A stretch of DNA of 32,000 bases from Candidatus Nanogingivalaceae bacterium (GTDB lineage Bacteria; Patescibacteriota; Saccharimonadia; Saccharimonadales; Saccharimonadaceae). The translations under genes were made by a program, and so were the position numbers. The notes beneath the pieces are model-generated. The model worked only from the letters and a program-made list of their open reading frames with translations. It did no database searches and had not been told where the DNA came from. The stretch is from contig CP072208.2 of the NCBI GenBank assembly GCA_015257795.3, positions 631,356 to 663,355 on the forward strand, written 5' to 3'. This document shows, one piece after another, positions 8,827 to 16,788 of the stretch (its first letter is position 1; every line of letters starts with the position of its first letter).

Positions 8827-9611
8827 TTTTCACTCACTTCATTAAAATACTTTTTAACCAATTTCTGATATCGACCATCTTTTTTCATCTCAGTAATAAC
8901 TTTATCCACCTGATCTTTCAATTCATTATTATCTTTTTTTATAGCAACTGCATATTCTTCATTACTCAAGGAATCTGGTAAAATTTGTAAATTTGAATAT
9001 CCATGAACATATTGATTAGCGGGAGCCTCATCTAAGACCGCTGCATCAATTTTTCCAGAGCTCAAATCTTGCAGAACGCTTGGGACTGATTGTAGTTGAG
9101 TTACGCTAACGCCTTTAATTTTCGAAACGATCGTATCACTAGTTGTCCCTAATTGAACACCAATTTTATTTCCCGAAAGCTCATATTTGTTTCGAATTGT
9201 TGAACCTTTACGAACAACAATTTTTTGTGCCGCAGAATAGTATGATTTCGAAAAAGAAACATTTTTCTCACGTTCGGGAGTTTTTGTCATTCCCGCAATA
9301 ACCATATCTACTTGTCCAGTTTCTAGAGCAGGAAGAAGTCCATCAAAGCCCATATCTTCAACTTTTAGTTCTTTTCCTAAACTTTTTGCAACCTCCCGTG
9401 AAAGATCAATATCAAATCCAACGACTTTTCCGTCTTGAATATATTCAAAAGGTTTAAAACCGGCATGCGTCCCAATAACCAAAACGCTCTTTCGATCACC
9501 GATAGTCCCTTCACGATATAAAATATCTATTAACATTAAAAAAATAGCTGCAATAAAAATAAAAATTCCTGCTAGCCAAATAAAATTACTTCTTTTTGCT
9601 ACACCTTCCAT
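8823..9611 (-). CDS. Amino-acid ABC transporter substrate-binding protein with an N-terminal membrane anchor
   Basis: Type 3 SBP pattern PFEY...G..VGFDIDL......L..........FDGL.PAL..G..D, preceded by a hydrophobic anchor. Confidence 0.85.
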   Translation of the reverse strand: MEGVAKRSNFIWLAGIFIFIAAIFLMLIDILYREGTIGDRKSVLVIGTHAGFKPFEYIQDGKVVGFDIDLSREVAKSLGKELKVEDMGFDGLLPALETGQVDMVIAGMTKTPEREKNVSFSKSYYSAAQKIVVRKGSTIRNKYELSGNKIGVQLGTTSDTIVSKIKGVSVTQLQSVPSVLQDLSSGKIDAAVLDEAPANQYVHGYSNLQILPDSLSNEEYAVAIKKDNNELKDQVDKVITEMKKDGRYQKLVKKYFNEVSEK

Positions 9612-9617
9612 AGGTAT

Positions 9618-9623
9618 ATTATA
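9618..9623 (-). promoter_or_regulatory. Consensus -10 hexamer TATAAT 6 nt upstream of the ATG (leaderless-type start of the transporter operon)
   Basis: The minus strand reads gacTATAATatacctATG. There is no SD. Confidence 0.45.
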
Positions 9624-9668
9624 GTCTTTTTGCTTATGATTATCAACTTAATTTCTAACAAAAAATAA

Positions 9669-9687
9669 GCTTTTCACAAAGAAAAGC
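9669..9687 (-). terminator. Intrinsic terminator immediately after the jag stop
   Basis: Stem gcttttc / gaaaagc (7 bp, loop acaaa). On the minus strand it is followed by ttatttttt. Confidence 0.6.
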
Positions 9688-10143
9688 CTATTTTTTCGAA
9701 ATAACCAATTGACGCTCTCGGCCTTCGCCTTCAGAATGAGTTTCAATATCGGAATAATCTTGAGCCAATTTATGAACCGTAAACCGATCTGTTGGATTTA
9801 AATTTAAGCGATAAGGTTCGCCTGTTTTACGAACTTGTTCTATCCATTTTTCGGCTTTTTGCGAAATCTTTTGAGCACGCTGTTTTTTGTAATCCGCAAC
9901 ATCGATACTTACACGAGTGATTTCGGCATTTTTCGATTCAAGCGCACGCGAAACCAAAAATTGCAATGCTCGCAAATTCCCTGAATCACGGCCAATGAAG
10001 AGCGAGTTTAATTCACTAGAAGGAACTGAAAGTTGGATAACTTGATCTTCAGAAGTGGAATAAACCGCCAGATTAACTCCAAAAAAGCTTAAAATATCTT
10101 CTAAAAACTTTTGCGCAAAAACAATTGACTCTTCCCGATTCAT
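9688..10143 (-). CDS. jag: Jag/KhpB-like RNA-binding protein (KH plus R3H domains)
   Basis: It sits directly downstream of yidC. The C-terminus has an R3H-like segment LNPTDRFTVHKLAQ. Confidence 0.8.
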   Translation of the reverse strand: MNREESIVFAQKFLEDILSFFGVNLAVYSTSEDQVIQLSVPSSELNSLFIGRDSGNLRALQFLVSRALESKNAEITRVSIDVADYKKQRAQKISQKAEKWIEQVRKTGEPYRLNLNPTDRFTVHKLAQDYSDIETHSEGEGRERQLVISKK

Positions 10144-10144
10144 A

Positions 10145-11110
10145 TTACCTCCGTTTTCCTTCTTTCGCTTTAATCCTTCGAATATTCGTTCCTCCAGTTT
10201 TTTCTTTCGAATTCTTCTTTGGAACTTGTACCGTTGTATTTTTCACAATAACAGCTTCTTTTGCATTCCGAAGTTTTTTCTTGTTTGATTCTGCAGCGAT
10301 CTCTTCCATCTCTTTAGAATCAATTGAGAAGATATATTTTTGCTGAATAATTTGGACGATGTTTGAAATTAAGTAATAGAACGTTAGCGCACCATAAAGG
10401 CTAATCATAACGAAGAACATAATTGCCGGGAGAATTAAGTTCATATTTGAATTAACCGCAGCATTAAGTTCTGCTTGATTTGGTTCTTTGCCGTCAGCGG
10501 CATCCTTAAAGATTTCTCGAACCGTTCGCTTGCCCTTTTGAGGTTGAGTTTGCTTAACCATATACCATTGCGAAAATGCAAGACCGAGTGCAATAATCAT
10601 CATAAATCCGCTAGAAAAGTCGTTTAACGGTACAGCTGTATCCGTTAGGTCAATAACCCCAAGGAATTTTGGATCAAGCTTTTTATGAGAAATAACTTCG
10701 CTAACTCGACTCATTTGTGCAACCGGCTGATAAGCCCATTTCGAAATTTGACCTGGATTATTTACTACAATCCGCATCACACTAAAGAAGGTTAAGAGAA
10801 TTGGCAACTGAATAAATAATGTTAACATTGAGCGGAATGGTTTGAAATTATGCTTGCGGTAAAGTTCCATCATCTGAAGTGTTTCAAGCTGTTTATTGCC
10901 TTTTGCGTTCTTTCGAATCTTCTGCAATTCAGGTTGAAGATTTCGCATAGTTTTTGTTTGATGAAGTTGGCTTTTTGTAAGCGGCCACATCAAAAAACGC
11001 ACAATTAAAGTAAAGACAATAATTGTGAAACCAAAATCACCGATAAAGTTATAAATCACCAATAATAGGTTCAAAATTGGCTGAGTAATAAATAGTTCAA
11101 ACAGATTCAT
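10145..11110 (-). CDS. yidC: YidC/Oxa1 family membrane protein insertase
   Basis: The conserved segment RFLMWPLTKSQ...M..LQPE...I......(N)KQ....(M)ELY(R)KH..(K)PF is present, along with a basic C-terminal tail and the rnpA-yidC-jag gene order. Confidence 0.9.
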   Translation of the reverse strand: MNLFELFITQPILNLLLVIYNFIGDFGFTIIVFTLIVRFLMWPLTKSQLHQTKTMRNLQPELQKIRKNAKGNKQLETLQMMELYRKHNFKPFRSMLTLFIQLPILLTFFSVMRIVVNNPGQISKWAYQPVAQMSRVSEVISHKKLDPKFLGVIDLTDTAVPLNDFSSGFMMIIALGLAFSQWYMVKQTQPQKGKRTVREIFKDAADGKEPNQAELNAAVNSNMNLILPAIMFFVMISLYGALTFYYLISNIVQIIQQKYIFSIDSKEMEEIAAESNKKKLRNAKEAVIVKNTTVQVPKKNSKEKTGGTNIRRIKAKEGKRR

Positions 11111-11133
11111 ATCTATTATTATACTACCTTTAT

Positions 11134-11487
11134 CTATTTATTACAATAAAAATCAGCTTCTTTAAAGGTGTTGACTAAAGTCTCTTTCAATTCTTCATGG
11201 GGAATATCTTTAACGCTTTTATGAAAAATCAAAACCACAACATCAAAAGTCCCATCAATTTTCGGTAGTTCATTTCGAATAATTTCATAAACTCGCCGAC
11301 GAATTCGATTTCGGCCAACCGCACTTTTTAATACCTTTTTCGAAACTACCACAGCAAAACGTGAGTCTTTTCGCCGTTGGTTTTTTGTAAATTTTACAAC
11401 AATTTTTTGTGTTCGAACCGAATTTCCATTCGCATAAACATACCGCAAACTGCCATGACCGTGAAACCTATTTTTATAAGATAACAT
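11134..11487 (-). CDS. rnpA: Ribonuclease P protein component
   Basis: 117 aa, basic, with the RNR-type motif AVGRNRIRRRVYE. It lies upstream of yidC. Confidence 0.9.
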   Translation of the reverse strand: MLSYKNRFHGHGSLRYVYANGNSVRTQKIVVKFTKNQRRKDSRFAVVVSKKVLKSAVGRNRIRRRVYEIIRNELPKIDGTFDVVVLIFHKSVKDIPHEELKETLVNTFKEADFYCNK

Positions 11488-11497
11488 AACTTTTTAT

Positions 11498-11506
11498 ATT
11501 TTAGCA
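11498..11506 (-). promoter_or_regulatory. Extended -10 promoter (TGcTAAAAT) 10 nt upstream of the rnpA ATG
   Basis: The minus strand reads aaaTGcTAAAATataaaaagttATG. There is no SD. Confidence 0.45.
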
Positions 11507-11565
11507 TTTTTTGATAAAATTAGCAAATTAAAACGAGCTCATGCTGAACCCGTTTTTAAAGCTTA

Positions 11566-12180
11566 TTATAAGTTTACAATAACTTTTTTATTTGACCAGA
11601 ATGATGGTTGGTAGTGAAGCTTTATTTGAGAACCTGCAGGAACCTCAAAAATCATAGAACCAGTCTTTTTACCACCTTTTACTAGATCCCCAGAACCAAG
11701 GCTATCTGGCAAACTGTATGTTTGTCCATCCGCGCTCTCAGCAGCACCGTTAGAATCTTCAGCTTTAAATTCAAAAACGTTATAGCTCATTTCAGTTTCA
11801 GATTTATTTTCAATCTTTACTGTAACCTTTACATATTCTTTGCCATCTTTTGGCTTCATATAGGTATTTCCAGAATCCCAATTTCGCTCAACCTTTTCAA
11901 CAGTTAATTCTTTTCCATCAAAAGCAATTATATCGCCAACCTTAAATTCAGTTTTTTCTTCTTTCTTGGGTTCATTATTCTGAACTTGAGATGATCCATT
12001 TGATCCAGAGTTTTTATTTTCGCCAACTTTTTCAGCCCGTTTAGATTGACTACCAATAAGCACAACAAATACAACCACAATAACCCAAAACCAAGCTTTT
12101 TTATAGAACGGTTTCCCTGATTTAGTTTTTGCTAACCGTTTTTCATCCTTAGATTCTGTAGCCAGCTTTTCTTCTTTCAT
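11566..12180 (-). CDS. Membrane-anchored extracellular DUF4352-like (Ig-like beta-sandwich) protein
   Basis: N-terminal TM segment AWFWVIVVVFVVLIG. The C-terminal pattern YVKVTVKIENKSETEMSYNVFEFKAEDSNG....GDLVKGGKKTGSMIFEVP is typical of DUF4352. AAGGAG lies upstream of the ATG. Confidence 0.7.
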   Translation of the reverse strand: MKEEKLATESKDEKRLAKTKSGKPFYKKAWFWVIVVVFVVLIGSQSKRAEKVGENKNSGSNGSSQVQNNEPKKEEKTEFKVGDIIAFDGKELTVEKVERNWDSGNTYMKPKDGKEYVKVTVKIENKSETEMSYNVFEFKAEDSNGAAESADGQTYSLPDSLGSGDLVKGGKKTGSMIFEVPAGSQIKLHYQPSFWSNKKVIVNL

Positions 12181-12219
12181 TAGAACTCCTTTTATAAAAT
12201 TTTAATTTATTATGTAATA

Positions 12220-12253
12220 ATTTTACCCCCCCCCCCCCGATATACTTTGTCAA
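12220..12253 (-). promoter_or_regulatory. Candidate promoter for the DUF4352 gene: TTGACA, a 22-nt spacer containing G13, then TAAAAT
   Basis: The minus strand reads TTGACAaagtatatcGGGGGGGGGGGGGTAAAAT, with the -35 at 12253..12248 and the -10 at 12225..12220. The SD AAGGAG and the ATG at 12180 follow downstream. Confidence 0.5.
12226..12238. repeat. Homopolymer: 13 C on the plus strand (13 G on the minus strand)
   Basis: Counted directly, c12226 to c12238. I saw no other C/G homopolymer of comparable length in this AT-rich window. Confidence 0.95.
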
Positions 12254-12272
12254 TAGCAAAAAATAAAAAAAT

Positions 12273-12301
12273 GGTACAGAACCTTAAATGAATTCTGTAC
12301 C
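12273..12301 (-). terminator. Intrinsic terminator after copA (bidirectional form)
   Basis: Perfect 9-bp stem ggtacagaa / ttctgtacc with an 11-nt loop. It is flanked by an A run (12261..12271) and a T run (12304..12310). Confidence 0.75.
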
Positions 12302-12317
12302 ACTTTTTTTATTGAGT

Positions 12318-14540
12318 CTAATCAATTTTCGCAACATTGAGAAGCAGCGAGCTAGTCAAAACAGACAAAGAACTAAGGGCCATAGCAAGACCTGCTAGTT
12401 CTGGATTGAGGGTCAATCCCAGTCCTACAAAGACTCCAGCAGCAATTGGAATCCCAAGGAGATTGTAGATAGAGGCCCAGAAGAGATTGAGTAAGATCCT
12501 GCGGAAGGTCTTTTGACTCATGTCAAAGGCGCGCACAACGCCAAGCAAATCATTTTGCGTGAGCACGATGCCACCGGACTCGATCGCAATATCCGTTCCA
12601 GATCCCATAGCGATCCCCACATCCGCGATCGAGAGAGCTGGAGCATCATTGATCCCATCTCCAACAAAGGCGACCTTGCTATCTTCTTGCAGTTTTTGGA
12701 TGGCGCTAGCTTTTTCTTGAGGAAGGACATCAGCAATGACGGTGTCAATTCCCACTTGCTTAGCAATAGCTTGGGCCACCCGTTCATTATCCCCCGTTAA
12801 CATGACCGTTTTCAAGCCCCGTTCTTTGAGCTTTTTGATCGCTTCTTTTGAGCTGGCCTTCGGAGCATCTTGAATGGCAATCAAGCCAATCACTTGCCCA
12901 TCCACAGACAAACTGATCACTGTTTTGGCCTGCTCTTGCAAGTCTACCATCCGTTTTTCAAGCTCCGGATCCATCGCTGTCCCGTCATGAAGTTTGCCAT
13001 TTCCCAAGGTCACCAACTGCTGGTCGATCTGACCTTGGACCCCTTTTCCTTCAATCGCTTGGAAGTTTTCCACAGGGGATAACACCAAACCTTTTTCTTC
13101 TGCTTGGGATAACACCGCTTGGGCTAGTGGATGTTCTGAAAAAGTTTCAAGACTAGCAGCCGGTGTCAAGACACGCGCTTCATCTCCTACAACATCGGTT
13201 ACAAGTGGTTGGCCAATGGTAATGGTCCCTGTCTTATCAAACACCACGGTTTGAATCTTTTGCACTTCTTGAAGAACTGTTCCATTTTTAATCAGAACCC
13301 CCATCTTGGCACTACGGCCGGTTCCGACCATCAGGGCTGTTGGGGTTGCTAAACCAAGGGCACAAGGACAGGCAATAATGAGGACAGAGACTGCATAGAG
13401 CATGGCCTCTTGAAGCGACGCGCCCAGAAGCACGGACCAAACCCAGAAAGTCGCAATGGCCAAAATCGTCACCACTGGAACAAAGATACCTGAAATCTTA
13501 TCCGTCAAATCTTGAATAGGAGCACGACTGGATTGGGCCATTTTGACAAAGTCCACAATTTGAGATAAGAGGGTCTCACTACCGACTTTTTCAGCCTTAA
13601 AGAGAATGGTCCCATTGCTGTTGATAGTGGAGCCGATCACTGCATCACCAACTGATTTTTCCACAGGCAAGCTTTCACCTGTCACCATCGACTCATCAAT
13701 GGTCGTACTTCCTTCTACAATCGTCCCATCAACCGCAATCTTTTCCCCAGGACGGACCCGAATCAAGTCACCAATTTGGATATCTTCTGCCGCCACCTCG
13801 ACATAGTTCCCATCACGGAGAACTTGAGCCGTTTTTGCCTGCAAATCCAACAATTTTTCCACAGCCTCGGAGGCATTGTTACGCATCCGTTCTTCAAAGA
13901 TTTGCCCTAAGAGGATAAAGAAGATGATAAAACCCGCAGCCTCAAAGTATACTGGCTGACCAGTAAAAAGGGCAAATACACTATAGACATAGGCTACCAG
14001 GGTTCCAAGAGCTACCAAGGTATCCATATTGGAATGGTGCTTCTTAAATGAGGCCCAGGCACTCTTGATAAAAGGTACTCCTGCTACCAACATGATCGGC
14101 GTTGTCGCTAGAAAAGCCCCCCAGCGACTGACTGGATGGGAGACAAATCCTGCCCACATCCCAATCATCAAGATCAATAAAGGAAGGGTAAAGATACTAG
14201 TAATCCAAAAGCGACCCCGTAAATTTAAGACACGACGGCGTTTTTCCACAACCGTGTAGGAACCCTTTTGCATCTTCATTCCACATGAAAACTCGAAGTC
14301 CCCTGTTTCTGTCGGGGTAAAGGATATCACCTTATCCACACCGACTTCCAAAGGCTCTAAAATCCCCTGATCTTCAAACAAAATTTCCTTGTAACAGCCG
14401 GAAGGATTGACCCGATGGAAGGTGATTTCAGCAGGGATCCCTTTTTGAAGTTGAAATTCCTTTGGACTATAGCCTTTTTCTGCTGTAATACGGATCTTTT
14501 GCACTCCGTTTTCCACAACTGCTTTTTGTTTTTCTACCAT
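12318..14540 (-). CDS. copA: Cu(I)-translocating P1B-type ATPase with an N-terminal cupredoxin-like metal-binding domain
   Basis: TGES (MVTGESLPV), CPC ([13 protein letters not shown]), DKTGT (VFDKTGTIT), SEHPLA and GDGINDAP are all present. The N-terminal domain carries NPSGC...[10 protein letters not shown], matching the streptococcal CopA metal-binding domain. AAGGAG lies upstream of the ATG. Confidence 0.93.
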   Translation of the reverse strand: MVEKQKAVVENGVQKIRITAEKGYSPKEFQLQKGIPAEITFHRVNPSGCYKEILFEDQGILEPLEVGVDKVISFTPTETGDFEFSCGMKMQKGSYTVVEKRRRVLNLRGRFWITSIFTLPLLILMIGMWAGFVSHPVSRWGAFLATTPIMLVAGVPFIKSAWASFKKHHSNMDTLVALGTLVAYVYSVFALFTGQPVYFEAAGFIIFFILLGQIFEERMRNNASEAVEKLLDLQAKTAQVLRDGNYVEVAAEDIQIGDLIRVRPGEKIAVDGTIVEGSTTIDESMVTGESLPVEKSVGDAVIGSTINSNGTILFKAEKVGSETLLSQIVDFVKMAQSSRAPIQDLTDKISGIFVPVVTILAIATFWVWSVLLGASLQEAMLYAVSVLIIACPCALGLATPTALMVGTGRSAKMGVLIKNGTVLQEVQKIQTVVFDKTGTITIGQPLVTDVVGDEARVLTPAASLETFSEHPLAQAVLSQAEEKGLVLSPVENFQAIEGKGVQGQIDQQLVTLGNGKLHDGTAMDPELEKRMVDLQEQAKTVISLSVDGQVIGLIAIQDAPKASSKEAIKKLKERGLKTVMLTGDNERVAQAIAKQVGIDTVIADVLPQEKASAIQKLQEDSKVAFVGDGINDAPALSIADVGIAMGSGTDIAIESGGIVLTQNDLLGVVRAFDMSQKTFRRILLNLFWASIYNLLGIPIAAGVFVGLGLTLNPELAGLAMALSSLSVLTSSLLLNVAKID

Positions 14541-14550
14541 ACCTACTCCT

Positions 14551-14922
14551 TTATTTCACAATCATGTGACCATGCATCATGTTCATTCCACATGAATACC
14601 CATATTCGCCCGCTTTTTCTGGCGTAATTTCAATGACATGTTTTTCACCTAAAGGCAAATCTTCATGAACACCAAAATCTGGAAAGATCACTTGATCCAG
14701 ACATGAAGATGGATCCTTGCGATTAAAGATGATCCGGGCTGGAACATTCTTTTTCAGGACAATGGTTTCAGGCGAATAGCCCCCCATGACTTCGACTTCA
14801 ATTTCTTGATAACCTGATTTCTGACGAGCGTGGCCGCTTACCTTTTCATGCTCTGCAAAGAACCACCAAGCAATAAAAGCAACCACAAGTAAACAAACAA
14901 TACTAATCAACAATCCAAACAT
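14551..14922 (-). CDS. cupA: Membrane-anchored cupredoxin-like Cu(I) chaperone (CupA-like)
   Basis: N-terminal TM segment [19 protein letters not shown]. The soluble domain is parallel to the CopA N-terminus and has Cys plus CGMNMMHG. It lies directly upstream of copA, as in the Streptococcus pneumoniae cop operon. Confidence 0.8.
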   Translation of the reverse strand: MFGLLISIVCLLVVAFIAWWFFAEHEKVSGHARQKSGYQEIEVEVMGGYSPETIVLKKNVPARIIFNRKDPSSCLDQVIFPDFGVHEDLPLGEKHVIEITPEKAGEYGYSCGMNMMHGHMIVK

Positions 14923-14966
14923 GGAATTTCCTTCTTTCTATTACATACAATTGCAATGAATCGTTT

Positions 14967-16193
14967 TTAATCTCGTTTAAGCATCACAGTAAAAGCTTCA
15001 CTCGGAATTTCAACATTTCCAAATTTCTTCATTCGCTTTTTACCACGTTTTTGTTTAGCCAGCAATTTCTTCTTTCGAGAAACATCACCACCATAAAGAT
15101 AGCCCGTCACATCTTTTCGATAAGCTGAAATGTTTTCGCGCGCAATGAATTTTCCACCGATTGCCGCTTGAATTGCCACCTGGAAGTTTTGCCGCGGAAT
15201 CACTTCTTTCAATTTTGCAGTAATCTCGCGACCCATTCGCACACTCTCCGAACGGTGACACATCACTGAAAGCGCATCAACCATTTCGCCCGCAACATAA
15301 AAATCTACTCGCACTAAATCTTCTGCTAAATAATCCCAAAGCTCATAATTAAATGAACCGTAACCCGACGTAACACTCTTAAGCTGATCGTAAAAATCGG
15401 TCAAAAGATTCGCAAGCGGTGCTTCAAAAGAAATCAAAACACGTTCATCAATATAACTCAAGTTTTTCTGTAAGCCACGTTTCGAAACAATTAATTGAAT
15501 TACCGCACCAACATAATCTTTTGGCACCACAATTTCGCCCTTAATCCACGGCTCACGAATTTCAGAAATTCTTGTTTGGTCTGGTAAATCAGCTGCACTC
15601 TTAATATCTAATTCTTCACCTGTTGTTAAAATTACATGATAGTCAGTTGAAGGGTTAGTAATCACTAGATCTAGATTATATTCTCGTTCCAAACGCTCAC
15701 GAACAATATCCATATGAAGAAGTCCAAGAAAACCAATTCGTATACCAAAGCCCAAAACTGGCGAATTTTCTGGCTCAAACTGCAATGCAGAATCGCTCAA
15801 GCTTAGCTTTTCGACTGCATCTTTCAAATCTTGATAATCTTCGTTCGAAACTGGGAAAAATCCCGCATAAACAAACGGCTGAACATTCTGGTATCCCGGT
15901 AAAGGTTCATTAGCGGGGTTTTTCGAAAGTGTTACAGTATCACCAACCTTCGCCTCGCGCGTGGTTTTCAAGTTTGTCACGATGTAGCCAATTTCTCCAG
16001 CCCCCATTTTATCGTATGGCGTCATTTTTGGCTGAAGCTTACCAATTTCGAGTGCTAAGCCTTTCGAATCGGTTGCCATCATTTTAATTTCATCACCCTT
16101 TTTCAATTCACCCGAAAAAATCCGAACATACAAAATTACACCGCGATAATCATCATAATAACTGTCAAAAATCAAAGCTTTTAGTGGTTTCAT
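14967..16193 (-). CDS. lepA: Elongation factor 4 (LepA), domains II to V plus the C-terminal domain only
   Basis: KPLKALIFDSYYDDYRGVILYVRIFSG...GFLGLLHMDIVRERLEREY...KKLLAKQKRGKKRMK is typical LepA sequence that lacks the G domain. Its ATG shares one base with the stop of the upstream ORF (TAATG). Confidence 0.85.
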   Translation of the reverse strand: MKPLKALIFDSYYDDYRGVILYVRIFSGELKKGDEIKMMATDSKGLALEIGKLQPKMTPYDKMGAGEIGYIVTNLKTTREAKVGDTVTLSKNPANEPLPGYQNVQPFVYAGFFPVSNEDYQDLKDAVEKLSLSDSALQFEPENSPVLGFGIRIGFLGLLHMDIVRERLEREYNLDLVITNPSTDYHVILTTGEELDIKSAADLPDQTRISEIREPWIKGEIVVPKDYVGAVIQLIVSKRGLQKNLSYIDERVLISFEAPLANLLTDFYDQLKSVTSGYGSFNYELWDYLAEDLVRVDFYVAGEMVDALSVMCHRSESVRMGREITAKLKEVIPRQNFQVAIQAAIGGKFIARENISAYRKDVTGYLYGGDVSRKKKLLAKQKRGKKRMKKFGNVEIPSEAFTVMLKRD

Positions 16194-16744
16194 TAAATCT
16201 CCTTTGGTGATGGTATTCTTTCAATCACCGCATTCAAAACTTCTTCAACACCCATTCCTGTTTTGGCTGAAATATGTAAAATCTCGCTTTCATCACACCC
16301 TAAAAGATTAATAACTTCTTTCGAAACTCGTGGAATATCTGCAGCCGGTAGGTCAATTTTATTTAGCACAGGAATGATTTTCAAATCAGCCGCTATCGCA
16401 AGATAAACATTTGCGAGTGTTTGAGCTTGAATTCCCTGTGAAGCATCTACAACCAAAATCGCACCCTCACAAGCTTGAAGTGAGCGCGAAACTTCATAAG
16501 AAAAATCCACGTGTCCTGGGGTATCAATTAAGTTTAGCTCAACACCTTTCCAATTCATTGTTACTGGAGCAAGCTTAATAGTGATTCCTTTTTCCCGCTC
16601 CAAATCCATCGAATCCAAAAGCTGCGATTTCATGTCACGTTTTTGAACTGTACCTGTAATCTCCATCATTCGATCAGCTAAAGTTGATTTACCGTGATCA
16701 ATGTGCGCGATAATACAAAAATTTCTAATATTTTTTAAATCCAT
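16193..16744 (-). CDS. lepA: Elongation factor 4 (LepA), GTPase (G) domain only
   Basis: [20 protein letters not shown] (G1), DTPGH (G3) and NKID (G4) are present. The ORF ends at IPSPKEI*, where LepA normally continues into domain II. Confidence 0.85.
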   Translation of the reverse strand: MDLKNIRNFCIIAHIDHGKSTLADRMMEITGTVQKRDMKSQLLDSMDLEREKGITIKLAPVTMNWKGVELNLIDTPGHVDFSYEVSRSLQACEGAILVVDASQGIQAQTLANVYLAIAADLKIIPVLNKIDLPAADIPRVSKEVINLLGCDESEILHISAKTGMGVEEVLNAVIERIPSPKEI

Positions 16745-16755
16745 AAACTTTCAAT

Positions 16756-16764
16756 ATTTTAACA
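16756..16764 (-). promoter_or_regulatory. Extended -10 promoter (TGtTAAAAT) 11 nt upstream of the lepA ATG
   Basis: The minus strand reads taTGtTAAAATattgaaagtttATG. Confidence 0.45.
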
Positions 16765-16788
16765 TATTTATAATAGTTGAGCAAATTT

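Noticed and set aside
12513-14627. Many ORFs of 60 to 95 aa on both strands inside copA/cupA in the supplied track
   Set aside because: They overlap a confidently identified P-type ATPase in other frames and have no start signals. Long spurious ORFs are expected in the higher-GC segment.
14923-14966. Possible CopY operator (cop box, TACAnnTGTA) upstream of cupA
   Set aside because: Only a partial match is present (TACATACAAT on the plus strand), and there is no copY gene. I cannot support an operator call.
12181-14966. Calling the cop island a mobile element
   Set aside because: I could find no integrase, transposase, inverted terminal repeats or flanking direct repeats. Only composition and gene content indicate foreign origin.
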